A DNA stretch of 64,000 nucleotides from an uncultured Gammaproteobacteria bacterium (GCA_964397195.1 CAYNGY010000001.1:70586-134585); one strand, 5' to 3'; positions 37,313 to 46,863 are shown, counted from the stretch's first letter. The notes: generated by a model not told the origin, from the sequence alone. Numbers and translations are program-made.

Positions 37313-38158
37313 ATGTTTTGCCACAATCTGTCATGGTGGCGACGATGGTGCGAACTACTGTGGGATAGAGCTGAAGCTGGATGGATCGACCGTCAGGGGC
37401 AGGATCACCTCTATCGTCGTCGTGTTGTTGTCCCGGCCTTGCAAGTCGCCGCGGCACACATGACCTTCGATTCCATCATCGACATCGGGAGTGGTGATGG
37501 GAGCATGACGTCGGCATTCGTGCGCACGTTGCCGCCAGCGAAACGTCGTCACGTCGTCTGCCTCGATCACTCGAGCAAACAGCTCTGGATTGCACGTCGA
37601 AACTTATCGGACCTTACCCAGGTGAGCTGTGTGCACGGCGACGTTTGTTCGGATATTTTTTGGAGTCAGGCGAAAGGAGGCGTCAACCGCGCCTCGCAAT
37701 CCCGGCTCTGGATATCCGTCTTCATGCTTCAGGAGCTGCCGTCACTGAAGATCCTACTGAAAAATATGGCCCAGTGTATGGCGCCGGGCGAGCAGTTCCT
37801 GGCGATCACGACGTCACCGTCGTTCGTCGACTTCATGATCTGTGACGCGTGGCGTCGGTATGGTGTGCGTCGTGAAGCCTTCGGATGCTGGCCGCAGGAT
37901 TTCACCTACGCGATGGAATATCCAGTGCCGGTGGCTGATGGCACATGCATTACCCTGCCGCACTTCCAACGTTGGCCTAAGCATTTCCGTCGCCAGGCAG
38001 ATGCCGCAGGTCTGGTCATGAAAGGCTGGCGTGACCTCACCGTACCGTGGACATTGGAAACGGAACGGGTATTCGGATCGACCATCTATGGTCGCGACAT
38101 ACTCGAACGCGCTTCTTCTGTCCTGATGACCTTCGAACGCCCATCGCCCGCGGAGTAA
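37313..38158 (+). CDS. Class I SAM-dependent methyltransferase
   Basis: IIDIGSGDG, CLDHS, HGD and MAPGEQF motifs; SD AGGAGG. Confidence 0.82.
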   Translation: MFCHNLSWWRRWCELLWDRAEAGWIDRQGQDHLYRRRVVVPALQVAAAHMTFDSIIDIGSGDGSMTSAFVRTLPPAKRRHVVCLDHSSKQLWIARRNLSDLTQVSCVHGDVCSDIFWSQAKGGVNRASQSRLWISVFMLQELPSLKILLKNMAQCMAPGEQFLAITTSPSFVDFMICDAWRRYGVRREAFGCWPQDFTYAMEYPVPVADGTCITLPHFQRWPKHFRRQADAAGLVMKGWRDLTVPWTLETERVFGSTIYGRDILERASSVLMTFERPSPAE

Positions 38159-38298
38159 TCCGCGGGCGTTTCTACTACGGCTTGACGTCAAAAAGCCGAC
38201 GGTATAGTCTACCCGAGCTACCTTTTTCGTGCGTGGGGTAGAGACGTATCCTTCACATGGAATGTGCACGCATGTCGGACTCAACCAGGAGGTGTCCA

Positions 38299-38745
38299 TT
38301 GCGGACCCCGCTTTGGCTGAGCATCGCCCTGTTCATGATGGCGATCATCGTGTTCAGTCCGGCCGGATCGGCCGCGAACATGGTCGACCGTCAGCAGACG
38401 ATGGCCACCGCTCGTTCGAATCACGTGCCGGAGGTCGCGTCCCCCACGGATCTCACCGTGGCCACCCGGTCCACGAACCTGTCGACTCAGCGCACCCTCG
38501 CACGCGGTGACGAGAGCAACATCGGCGCGCAGGCCAGGTCCCAGGAGAAGTCCGACCTGCCCTGCTGGCGGAACGCGATCGCAGTGGGCGACGAGAGCGG
38601 TATGGGCTTTGCCCAGCCGGTCGCCGAGATCTGGATTCGCGGCAACATCACGATGCAGCAGACGCCCGCACCCCAGCTGGCGCTCAGCGGGTGGCGGAAC
38701 GAGAACTCGGGCACGTACGCCTTCGGTGTCCTGAAGATCTCCTGA
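38299..38745 (+). CDS. Hypothetical secreted protein
   Basis: SD AGGAGGT with TTG start, signal peptide ending AGSA, promoter TTGACG-N17-TAGTCT (38182-38210). Confidence 0.55.
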   Translation: MRTPLWLSIALFMMAIIVFSPAGSAANMVDRQQTMATARSNHVPEVASPTDLTVATRSTNLSTQRTLARGDESNIGAQARSQEKSDLPCWRNAIAVGDESGMGFAQPVAEIWIRGNITMQQTPAPQLALSGWRNENSGTYAFGVLKIS

Positions 38746-38886
38746 TCCGCCCCGGCCGTAAGGTGCGGGGCAGCTGATGAGGATCGTCTCTCGAGACGAG
38801 AACTCACAGTCATGAGCCAGTGGGCGCGCTCCCCGGGAGCGCGCCCACAATTTCTTTTGTTTAGTGGCGAATGGTACAATGCAGTC

Positions 38887-39381
38887 ATGATTATTGCTGT
38901 GCTGTCTGATCTCCACGACAACCTTGCCTGCTGGCAGATCATTAGTCGCACCCTTCGCGCCGAACATATCGAGGTGCTGGTCATCTGCGGCGACACCTGC
39001 GCTCCGGCCACTTTGGAACGCATGGCGCAAGACTTTCCCGGTACGATTCACACGGTCTACGGTAATGTCGCTGACCGCGACCTTGAAACGTCCGTCGCCG
39101 CGAAATATGAACACATTATCCATCATGGCGACCGTGGCGGATTTGAAATGCATGGTACCCGAATTGGCTTTGTTCATTATCCGGCGGTAGCGGAGACGAT
39201 GGCGAAGAGCGGGGAGTTCGATCTGGTTTGTTATGGTCATGACCATCTGAAGCGCTGGGCGAAGATGGACGACTGTTTCCTGCTCAATCCCGGTACGGCC
39301 GCCGGGATGTTTCAGTATCCGTCATGGGCGACGGTGGATCTGAAGACGATGGGCCATGTCTTCCGGGAAATAACACTGTAG
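38887..39381 (+). CDS. Metallophosphoesterase (YfcE/MJ0936 family)
   Basis: SDLHDN, CGD, GN, H, GHDH and NPG motifs. Confidence 0.9.
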   Translation: MIIAVLSDLHDNLACWQIISRTLRAEHIEVLVICGDTCAPATLERMAQDFPGTIHTVYGNVADRDLETSVAAKYEHIIHHGDRGGFEMHGTRIGFVHYPAVAETMAKSGEFDLVCYGHDHLKRWAKMDDCFLLNPGTAAGMFQYPSWATVDLKTMGHVFREITL

Positions 39382-39383
39382 CC

Positions 39384-40289
39384 ATGCCGTGGTTCCTCTA
39401 TGCAATCATCGCTGCGCTCGGGATATCGCTGATCAGCATCATCCAGAAGCGAGTCCTACGTCAGGAACACTCCCTTGAGTATGCTCTGTTGTTCAGTCTC
39501 GCAAAGCTCGTGGTCTTCCTGCCGCTGTTTTGGTCGAGAGTAGACTGGAGTATCTCAGGCTCAGCATTGGGCTGGATCATCTTGAGCGCTAGCTTCGGAG
39601 CGGTCAGTTTCCTATTAGTAGTGAAAGCGATCAAACGGATGGAGGTCAGCTCGGTCACGCCGCTCCTTGCTCTCGAACCTGGCATCGTGGCGATTATCGC
39701 CGGCCTGACACTTCACGAGGCGATGAAGGGTCAGGCCCTAGCGGGATTAATTATTGTCGTCGCCGGAACATTCCTGCTGGAAATATTTCAACAGCCAGCC
39801 GGGTGGTGGCATGCGGTACATGGTTTTTGGCCGAAAATAATCCAACCATTTCGGACGCTGACGCAACAAGCGGGCGGCTGGTATATCGTCATTGCTCTTG
39901 TTGCCTTTTCCATTTCGGCGGTGATGGCGCGTCATGTTCTGCTGACAACGCCGATGATGACCTATCTGGCCTATGACTTTATCGTCGGTGCCAGTATCTA
40001 TATCACCCTTTCGACTATTCGTAGACGGCGGATTGAGGTTTTTCGTTCGGGGCGCGTGCACGTCCTCTTCATTATCCTCTTCCTCGCCTTGCTCCATATC
40101 GGCCAAAGTGCGGCGCAGGCGACCGCGATGGCATTGGCACCCGTTGGGCTGGTAATCGCAATGAAAAGAACGTCGGTCCTTCTGGATGTCGCCGTCGGTG
40201 GGCGGTTATTTCATGAGCAGCACCTGATGAAGAAATTTGTCGCCACCTTGCTAATGGTGAGCGGGGCGATTATGATAGCCGTGTCATGA
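39384..40289 (+). CDS. EamA/DMT family transporter
   Basis: About 10 TM helices in two repeats; S.V.PL..LEP and LFHE motifs. Confidence 0.88.
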   Translation: MPWFLYAIIAALGISLISIIQKRVLRQEHSLEYALLFSLAKLVVFLPLFWSRVDWSISGSALGWIILSASFGAVSFLLVVKAIKRMEVSSVTPLLALEPGIVAIIAGLTLHEAMKGQALAGLIIVVAGTFLLEIFQQPAGWWHAVHGFWPKIIQPFRTLTQQAGGWYIVIALVAFSISAVMARHVLLTTPMMTYLAYDFIVGASIYITLSTIRRRRIEVFRSGRVHVLFIILFLALLHIGQSAAQATAMALAPVGLVIAMKRTSVLLDVAVGGRLFHEQHLMKKFVATLLMVSGAIMIAVS

Positions 40290-40879
40290 CCATTCCCACG
40301 GCATCCACTCTAACATCACTGGACGCGATTGATCGTGCCGTTCACGACTGCACCGCCTGTCCGCTCGCGGCCGGACGACTCACCGCTGTCCCTGGCGATG
40401 GCGACCCACACAGCGAGATTCTGTTTATCGGCGAAGGGCCGGGAAAAAAGGAAGACGAAACCGGCCATCCATTCGTCGGCGCGGCCGGAAAGTTTCTTGA
40501 TGAAATGCTTGGGGATATCGGGCTGACACGGGCTCAGGTTTTTGTGACGAATGTCGTGAAGTGTCGCCCGCCTGAGAACCGTGATCCGGAGCCGGACGAG
40601 ATATCGACCTGCACCGATTTATTCTTATGGAAACAAATCGAGTTGCTGGCCCCAAAACTGATCTGTACACTCGGTCGCCACTCGATGGGTATCTTCCTGC
40701 CATCTGAGCTAAAGATCAGCCAAGTGCACGGCCAGCCGAAACGCGTTCGCGGGCGGGTCATTCTCCCGCTCTACCACCCCGCCGCGGCCCTGTATAATGG
40801 CGGCATGCGGGCCACGTTAAAATATGATTTTAAGAAGATCCCGTTGGTTTTGAAAAAGATAACCGAAAGACTAGCCTAA
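40286..40879 (+). CDS. Uracil-DNA glycosylase family 4 (Fe-S)
   Basis: CTAC.L, GEGPG..ED..G.PFVG.AG, NVVKCRPP.NRDP and YHPAA motifs. Confidence 0.93.
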   Translation: MTIPTASTLTSLDAIDRAVHDCTACPLAAGRLTAVPGDGDPHSEILFIGEGPGKKEDETGHPFVGAAGKFLDEMLGDIGLTRAQVFVTNVVKCRPPENRDPEPDEISTCTDLFLWKQIELLAPKLICTLGRHSMGIFLPSELKISQVHGQPKRVRGRVILPLYHPAAALYNGGMRATLKYDFKKIPLVLKKITERLA

Positions 40880-40890
40880 ATCGGCCGGTC

Positions 40891-40976
40891 TGGTGCCGGA
40901 GGAGAGATTCGAACTCTCAATCCCTTGCGGGCGGGGGATTTTAAGTCCCCTGCGTATACCATTCCGCCACTCCGGC
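40891..40976 (-). tRNA. tRNA-Leu(TAA)
   Basis: GCCGGAG acceptor stem, GGGGA-CTTAAAA-TCCCC anticodon arm, long variable arm, GTTCGAAT, CCA. Confidence 0.96.
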
Positions 40977-40994
40977 AGGATACCGTAAATTGTC

Positions 40995-41069
40995 TGGAGC
41001 GGGCGACCGGGATCGAACCGGCGACCTCTTCCTTGGCAAGGAAGCGTTCTACCACTGAACTACACCCGC
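40995..41069 (-). tRNA. tRNA-Gly(GCC)
   Basis: CTTCC-TTGCCAA-GGAAG anticodon arm, GGTTCGATCCC, TCCA end. Confidence 0.96.
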
Positions 41070-41118
41070 ATGAATCTGATTTGTACCGTTTTTCGTTTAT
41101 CCTGTCAAAGGTTTCTTT

Positions 41119-41329
<211 letters not shown>

Positions 41330-41390
41330 GTAACGGGCGAAAGTGTATCAGGAAACCGGCCGGAGAACAAGGCCTTGTCCAACTCCCTCT

Positions 41391-41428
41391 TATCAAAAAA
41401 CACCGCTTGCGGGCGGTGTCTTTTGATA
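41391..41428 (-). terminator. Intrinsic terminator of the 3D-domain gene
   Basis: TATCAAAAAACACCGC-ttgcgg-GCGGTGTCTTTTGATA. Confidence 0.75.
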
Positions 41429-41432
41429 TTCC

Positions 41433-41945
41433 TTAGGAGAGAATTTCGAGGGTGACGGTTCGGACGCCCCACTGCATCGCTTGCGCGCGAGTTGGCATCC
41501 AGACGTCAGCCCGAGAACATCCCCATTTGGCGTTCATTCGGTCTTCGACCGTAAAGATCTTCGAGCCGAATTTGCCGGTAATACGGACCTTCGTTCCGAA
41601 GGGGACGCAGTTCATTGCGAGAGTCCCATCGTGCACCTTTTTGCCTGAAGCCGTGGTAAACGGGTCACCATCGGTTTGATCGCGCGTCGAGCTATAGGCG
41701 CTCGTACGGACGGTCAGGCGGCGCTTCACCACCGGTGCCGGTACTTTAACCGGTTCGGGAGCAGCTGGCTGTAAGACGGTATTCGGATCGTTAAAAGCGA
41801 GTACCGGGCCAACAGCGGCCCGAACTGGTGTTTCTACCAGTGCGGCATCAGCGGTGAAAGTTGGAAAGATCGAATTCACGAAGAGTGCGGACAGCGCGAG
41901 AGCCAAGAATCGAAGGGCTCGCACGCGCGTAGCGCGGCGGATCAT
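41433..41945 (-). CDS. 3D-domain (MltA/RlpA-like double-psi barrel) cell-wall enzyme, secreted
   Basis: SAYSST.DQTD.DPFTTASG, A.N..PFGTKV.I, VEDRM and D.W motifs; N-terminal signal. Confidence 0.9.
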   Translation of the reverse strand: MIRRATRVRALRFLALALSALFVNSIFPTFTADAALVETPVRAAVGPVLAFNDPNTVLQPAAPEPVKVPAPVVKRRLTVRTSAYSSTRDQTDGDPFTTASGKKVHDGTLAMNCVPFGTKVRITGKFGSKIFTVEDRMNAKWGCSRADVWMPTRAQAMQWGVRTVTLEILS

Positions 41946-41960
41946 GAAATGAATTCTCAA

Positions 41961-42063
41961 TGGTCGTCCGGCAGAAAAACAGTGAGCAGACTGCCGTCGA
42001 ACTCCCCTAGCGGAGGTCCGAAAATAAAACCACCCTACCGACACGTAGGGCTTGCTAGGTGAG
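41961..42063 (-). promoter_or_regulatory. Structured 5' leader (candidate cis-regulatory RNA)
   Basis: Three-way junction plus hairpin starting at the predicted TSS of promoter TTGACA(42096-42091)-N17-TATTCT. Confidence 0.5.
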
Positions 42064-42141
42064 CGCAAGAATACGCTATGTCGACCAAATTGTCAATCCT
42101 AAAAACCGGGAAAAACCCGAATTTAGGCTAAGAATCGGGCC

Positions 42142-42762
42142 CTACTTGTGTCGGAAAATATCGAAAAACGACCGTCGCCGTTCCGGTGTTTTCAGCATTT
42201 CCATCAATCCCGGCATGACCGATAGCAGGATAATAATTGCGACGATGGGGAGTAAATACCGATCGATATTTGCGATTCGGCCGCCAAGCCAATAGCCCAT
42301 ACCAACCAGTAGTCCTACCCAGACCGCTCCGCCAACGATATTATAGGCCAAGAACTTTGCGTAGGTCATTTTCCCAATACCGGCGATAATCGGGGCGAAG
42401 GTGCGAACAATCGGCACGAAGCGCGCCAGCACGATTGTTTTCGTGCCGTGCTTTTCATAGAACGCTTCGGCCCGGTGCAGATATTCCTGCTTGAAAAAAC
42501 GAGAGTTCGGACGTTCGAACAGCTTTCGGCCCCAGCGGACACCGAAGGCGTAGCCGGTGCTGACGCCGGCAATGGCGGCGATGAACAGCACAATCACCAG
42601 TACCCATGGGTCGAAGAATCCGCGGGCGGCAAAAATGCCGGCCGTGAAGAGCAGACTGTCGCCGGGAAAAAAGAATCCAATCAACAGTCCATTTTCCGCA
42701 AAAATGATGGCAGCAACGCCGATCAGGCCAATCGATTCAATCAGTGATTCGAGATTAAACAT
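42142..42762 (-). CDS. DedA (VTT-domain) membrane protein
   Basis: IFAENGLLIGFFFPGDSLLF.AG and ARFVPIVRTFAP motifs. Confidence 0.93.
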   Translation of the reverse strand: MFNLESLIESIGLIGVAAIIFAENGLLIGFFFPGDSLLFTAGIFAARGFFDPWVLVIVLFIAAIAGVSTGYAFGVRWGRKLFERPNSRFFKQEYLHRAEAFYEKHGTKTIVLARFVPIVRTFAPIIAGIGKMTYAKFLAYNIVGGAVWVGLLVGMGYWLGGRIANIDRYLLPIVAIIILLSVMPGLMEMLKTPERRRSFFDIFRHK

Positions 42763-42860
42763 GGGTGTAGAGGTGAATTGCCGATCCAGTGTATCGAAAA
42801 ACACCGTCCCTGACAAGTCACAACACAGCGGCCGATGAGCCGCTGTGTAGGAAAAAACGC

Positions 42861-43301
42861 TTATTGTTTTGGTGTTGCCGGTGGTGTCATGACCGGTGTT
42901 GGCGTGCCGGCCGGTGCATTGACGATTCCGAGAATCCAGCGGTAGCCGACCGCGATCATAATCGGGATGATCAGCGAGATGTAGTTACCATCTGAGGTCA
43001 TTGTGGAGATGACGTTCAAAACAACATTCGCCCACATCAGCCACTGAATCCATTTCTCCAGTCGGAAGGTTCCCCAAAAGATGAGGGTTGCCAGGCCGAG
43101 GGAGATAATGACGAGGACGACGCCGATGATGGCAATCGCGCCGCCCAATCCGCCGCTTGATGCCCCAAAAATTCCGAGGGCCGCTGCTCCGAGGAGGAGG
43201 GCAATAATACCAAGCCCTTGGAGCACGAGCATAATAATCCAGACCGCCTTCGCGCCAGAGTTGGCATTGAGCGCCGCTCGCCGTTCCTGTGGAGTACTCA
43301 T
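42861..43301 (-). CDS. Hypothetical 4-TM membrane protein
   Basis: Hydrophobic segments and a Pro/Thr-rich tail. Confidence 0.7.
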   Translation of the reverse strand: MSTPQERRAALNANSGAKAVWIIMLVLQGLGIIALLLGAAALGIFGASSGGLGGAIAIIGVVLVIISLGLATLIFWGTFRLEKWIQWLMWANVVLNVISTMTSDGNYISLIIPIMIAVGYRWILGIVNAPAGTPTPVMTPPATPKQ

Positions 43302-43452
43302 AAAAAATAATTACTAGTAAACATGCTGAGTATATCGTAAATGATGGCCACTGTCACCGCGTCTGTCCGGTGGTGGGAAAAATGGATCGCGTCAACCACC
43401 ACTCAGCAAACTCCGGCGTTAGCCAGGGCCTTGTACGCCAACAACCTTTTCT

Positions 43453-43526
43453 TGGAGCAGGTAAGGGGAGTCGAACCCCTCTCATCGGCTTGGAAAGCCG
43501 AGGTAATACCGATATACGATACCTGC
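43453..43526 (-). tRNA. tRNA-Gly(TCC)
   Basis: GCAGGTA acceptor stem, TCGGC-TTTCCAA-GCCGA anticodon arm, GGTTCGACTCC, TCCA. Confidence 0.95.
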
Positions 43527-43673
43527 ACCAAGAAAAGGTCGCTGATGCCGAGCGGAATCCCGCCGTGTCCGGCCCGGCGAAGACGGAGATACCTAGAGGC
43601 GAACGAAATCGTAGCGTATAAGCAGATTTATTGCAACGTTACGTTTTTCCGTCTGAAACGTTATAGTATATGT

Positions 43674-44243
43674 GTGAATGACCTACCGTCCACCATCACG
43701 AACGACGCCCACCGGGCAAAAACCGGTGATCGGGAAGCCTTTGGCCGGTTGTACCAATATTTTGCGCGCCCGCTCTATACCTATATTATCATCCGCGTTG
43801 GGCATCGGGAGAGCGCCGAAGATATCCTTGGTGACGTCTGGATGAAGGCCTGGCACGCGATTGGGAGGTGCGATCCGGACCACGTCGCCGCGTGGCTGTA
43901 CACCATCGCTCGGCACGCGCTGATTGACTCCCTCCGCGCCCGGCGACCAGAAATAAATTGGGAACGGCTACCGGATCTTCGCCACGATGCATTGATGCCA
44001 GCCGCGGTCGATGCACGGCGTCAAAGTGAGAAACTCCGGGCGGCGCTCTCGGCCCTAACCCCCGAGCAACGCGAAGTGTTGATCATGCGCGTCTGGGATG
44101 ATCTCGCCTATGAAGATATCGCGCGCCTCCTCGGAAAATCAGTGGTTGGCTGCCGGATGCTAATGACCCGCGCCGCAAAAACGCTTCGTCCCATCATGAC
44201 ACTTGCCTCACTAACCATACTTCTCCATGCCACACTCCGCTGA
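43674..44243 (+). CDS. ECF (sigma70 group 4) sigma factor
   Basis: GDREAFG.LY, AEDI, AWLYTIARH..ID and L..L..EQREV......L.YE.IA..LG motifs; GTG start. Confidence 0.9.
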   Translation: MNDLPSTITNDAHRAKTGDREAFGRLYQYFARPLYTYIIIRVGHRESAEDILGDVWMKAWHAIGRCDPDHVAAWLYTIARHALIDSLRARRPEINWERLPDLRHDALMPAAVDARRQSEKLRAALSALTPEQREVLIMRVWDDLAYEDIARLLGKSVVGCRMLMTRAAKTLRPIMTLASLTILLHATLR

Positions 44244-45654
44244 ATCATTTCTCCGCGAACTGTATACGCTCGACCCATCGCTGCGGGCGCGAGACCAAGA
44301 GCTGCAGCAGACGGTTGCGTTGTTACTGGCCCAGCGCCCCCACATCACGCCAAACGAATTATTTATTGAGCAACTTCATACCAAAATTATGGAACAACCG
44401 ATAAAAAACCCCTCGACGACATCCTTCCGCTGGATGCCATTACTCGCTATTCCGGCGCTGGCGGCGATCGCCCTCGTCGTGTATCCGTACCTGACGCCTT
44501 CAACCGCGACGAAAACTGACGACGCGGTGACGGTGACCCAAGCACGCGGCCAAGCCTTTGGGGTGTTAACCTCACAGAACGTGACGAATAGTCGCTCTTC
44601 GGCGACTCCATCAGCGACAAAAGATATGTCGGCGACGCCGGTCAATGGTGAGGTTGAAAGTGGATCGGGGACATCGGCGCTCCCGATGGATCTTTCATAC
44701 GCCATGGCCGTGTATACGTATGGCGGCACGATTACCATTCCGCACCTAGATGTGTTGAAGCGAAATAAAACACTGGGCGGTTTGCCGAGCGCTGATGGCG
44801 CCTCGGTGAGCCTACTCGATCTTGGCTCGTTCAGCGGATTGCGAACTGATCAGATGACTTGGTCGCAACGGACGGCTGACGGCTACACGATTACCGTTGA
44901 TGGCCGCGAAGGAACTATCAATATCTACCGTGATAGTGGTATGGTCCGGGCGCTGAGTGATGTGGCGAGTCCTGATGGAACGGTCAGCAGCGGTTCGGCA
45001 TCAACGGCCACCGTAACAGATACGCAAGCGATTCGTATTGCCGGGTCGTTCTTAACAAAACACGGTATCAGCACCGAATCATACGGGGCGGCAGTTGTTC
45101 AGCAGAGTCTGGGTGGTGTCTACATGGAAAAAGTAGCCGCTGGTGATGGAGCCGGGAACTCGATGGCCACTGTCACCTATCCATGGGTGGTCAAGGGCAC
45201 GTCGGTCTATGATGAAAGCGGTAATCCGTTCGGTCTGCAAGTAACGGTTGATGCGGCCACACAATCAGTTCTATCGGTCTACAATCTCATGACGCGCTCA
45301 TTCACCTCGTCGCAATATACGTTGACCGATCAAACGGCGGACATCCAGGCGTTCCTTGGTCGCGGTGGATGGCTTTGGAGCGGTGCGGTCTCGGCCGAAA
45401 CAAAGACTACGTCGTATGCGCTCGAAACGCCGTCGGCAGTCTACATGATGTCTCAGTATCAACAAGATGGCGGCCATGATGACCTCCTCGTTCCGGCCCT
45501 CCGGTTCCCGGTCAACGAAAAAGATCAGGCCGCGGTTGGCCGTTCGGCGGTGATGGTGCCGGTCGTGAAAAACTTGCTGACGCCGCCGACGACAAGTACG
45601 GGCGCGACGGTCACCGAACCCAATATTGCGCCCACGCCAAAACCAACCGAGTAA
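44227..45654 (+). CDS. Probable anti-sigma factor: single TM with a large extracytoplasmic domain
   Basis: Overlaps the ECF gene; short cytoplasmic N-domain, TM helix and Ser/Thr-rich exterior. Confidence 0.65.
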   Translation: MPHSAESFLRELYTLDPSLRARDQELQQTVALLLAQRPHITPNELFIEQLHTKIMEQPIKNPSTTSFRWMPLLAIPALAAIALVVYPYLTPSTATKTDDAVTVTQARGQAFGVLTSQNVTNSRSSATPSATKDMSATPVNGEVESGSGTSALPMDLSYAMAVYTYGGTITIPHLDVLKRNKTLGGLPSADGASVSLLDLGSFSGLRTDQMTWSQRTADGYTITVDGREGTINIYRDSGMVRALSDVASPDGTVSSGSASTATVTDTQAIRIAGSFLTKHGISTESYGAAVVQQSLGGVYMEKVAAGDGAGNSMATVTYPWVVKGTSVYDESGNPFGLQVTVDAATQSVLSVYNLMTRSFTSSQYTLTDQTADIQAFLGRGGWLWSGAVSAETKTTSYALETPSAVYMMSQYQQDGGHDDLLVPALRFPVNEKDQAAVGRSAVMVPVVKNLLTPPTTSTGATVTEPNIAPTPKPTE

Positions 45655-45657
45655 TAC

Positions 45658-46038
45658 TTATGGGTGCGACACTCGCGGCTCATCCGACCGCGGGTGTTTT
45701 GTTTCGACCGCGGTTGGTTTCCACCCGTAAACCGCCATATCCACCCAGAGATTTCCGTCGCGTTCGCGGACGTCAATTCCCTCGGCTAAGAGCTTGCGCG
45801 CTTGCTCCTGTTTTGGGGTCGACATATTTTCGATTGAAATCATACCGGCGGCGTTAATCACGCGGTGCCAGGGAACATTCGTCGTTGGCTTCAAAACACG
45901 GAGTGCCCATCCGACCACCTGCGCGCCGCGCGGTGAGCCAACCAGGGCGGCAATTTGGCCGTAGGTTGCTACGCGCCCGCGCGGAATCCGGCGGACGGCG
46001 GTGTAAATGCGGAAGTAGAGATTTTGTCCTCGTGGCAT
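45658..46038 (-). CDS. Alkyltransferase-like protein (ATL, MGMT family)
   Basis: IPRGRVATYGQIA and VPWHRVIN (Trp replaces the catalytic Cys); Q...L.AEG. Confidence 0.9.
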   Translation of the reverse strand: MPRGQNLYFRIYTAVRRIPRGRVATYGQIAALVGSPRGAQVVGWALRVLKPTTNVPWHRVINAAGMISIENMSTPKQEQARKLLAEGIDVRERDGNLWVDMAVYGWKPTAVETKHPRSDEPRVSHP

Positions 46039-46042
46039 GCAA

Positions 46043-46375
46043 TTAAGGTATTGGGCACGGGCAGGGTTTAGATTTGAGTAGACGTACCTGTCGGGCCGGG
46101 GAATCAATATAAAGTGTTTGTCTGGCTGAACCGGTGGCGCGGCGTCGATCGAGCGGTGACGCATGGCGGTATCCGCGTCGTGCCATTTCCCGAACGAGCT
46201 CTGTATGTCGGTTGTAGAGGGCTCGCAGGTGTCCAGCCCAGCGGCGTGTCTCGGGGTGGCGACGGTAGCCCTGTTTTCCTTCGGTCAAAACCGTCCAGAC
46301 GGCATGGAGTTCACGATGTTCACCGAGCAGATGTTGACGGCAGAGCCGTGATGGTGGGAGATCCCAGACGCGCAT
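46043..46375 (-). CDS. Pyrimidine-dimer DNA glycosylase / T4 endonuclease V family
   Basis: MR.W...P..L.RQHLLGEHRELH, HPET.RW, L..RH..LV.EM..RGY.H.SP motifs. Confidence 0.88.
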   Translation of the reverse strand: MRVWDLPPSRLCRQHLLGEHRELHAVWTVLTEGKQGYRRHPETRRWAGHLRALYNRHTELVREMARRGYRHASPLDRRRATGSARQTLYIDSPARQVRLLKSKPCPCPIP

Positions 46376-46404
46376 CGGAGTTGAGCAATGTCAGGTAGGA
46401 CAGG

Positions 46405-46863
46405 TTACGATCGAAGTGCGGGGTGCCACCAAAACGATTCCGGGGTCCGTGAGGCGTGTCGAAGGTGGTGCCGAATGGGCACGCCACGCCGAGAGTTCAT
46501 ACTGACCGCCGTGGTTGGGCTGATAACAATCCCAATGTGGGGATGGGTGTAGTGGTGTGTGCTATCAGTTGGCCAGACCACAACGGCGCCGGCTCGCGGC
46601 GTTCGGATTCGATGCCACCCGCTTTTTTTCATGTCGGTGATTGTGCCAGTGACGGTCGCGTGACCTTCACAGAGAAGGCCGAATCGGAGCAGAAGCGTCG
46701 AAACAAAATAAGCGCATGACAGATGACCATCATCAACGATGTCCACCAATCGCCTATCTCGGTGCACGTACAGATGGCGGTAGGCGGCACTCCCAATGGA
46801 ACCATGTGCCATGGCGAGGAGTGAGGGGAGGATGGCGATCCTAGAGGCGGGTGAGGTCTTCAT
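46405..46863 (-). CDS. NlpC/P60/CHAP-like cysteine hydrolase fold protein
   Basis: LSCAYFVS nucleophile motif, GAVVVW and HIGI. Confidence 0.55.
   Translation of the reverse strand: MKTSPASRIAILPSLLAMAHGSIGSAAYRHLYVHRDRRLVDIVDDGHLSCAYFVSTLLLRFGLLCEGHATVTGTITDMKKSGWHRIRTPRAGAVVVWPTDSTHHYTHPHIGIVISPTTAVSMNSRRGVPIRHHLRHASRTPESFWWHPALRS

Noticed and set aside
38773-38810. Second CTGATGAG hammerhead-like motif
   Set aside because: Followed by GAGAAC rather than CGAAAC, and it pairs as an ordinary hairpin.
43527-43612. GC-rich leader upstream of tRNA-Gly(TCC) as another degenerate tRNA
   Set aside because: I could not build a cloverleaf or find a TTC T-loop; evidence is too weak.
43341-43673. 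N-terminal extension of the ECF sigma ORF
   Set aside because: It overlaps tRNA-Gly(TCC) on the opposite strand; the sigma homology starts at GTG 43674.
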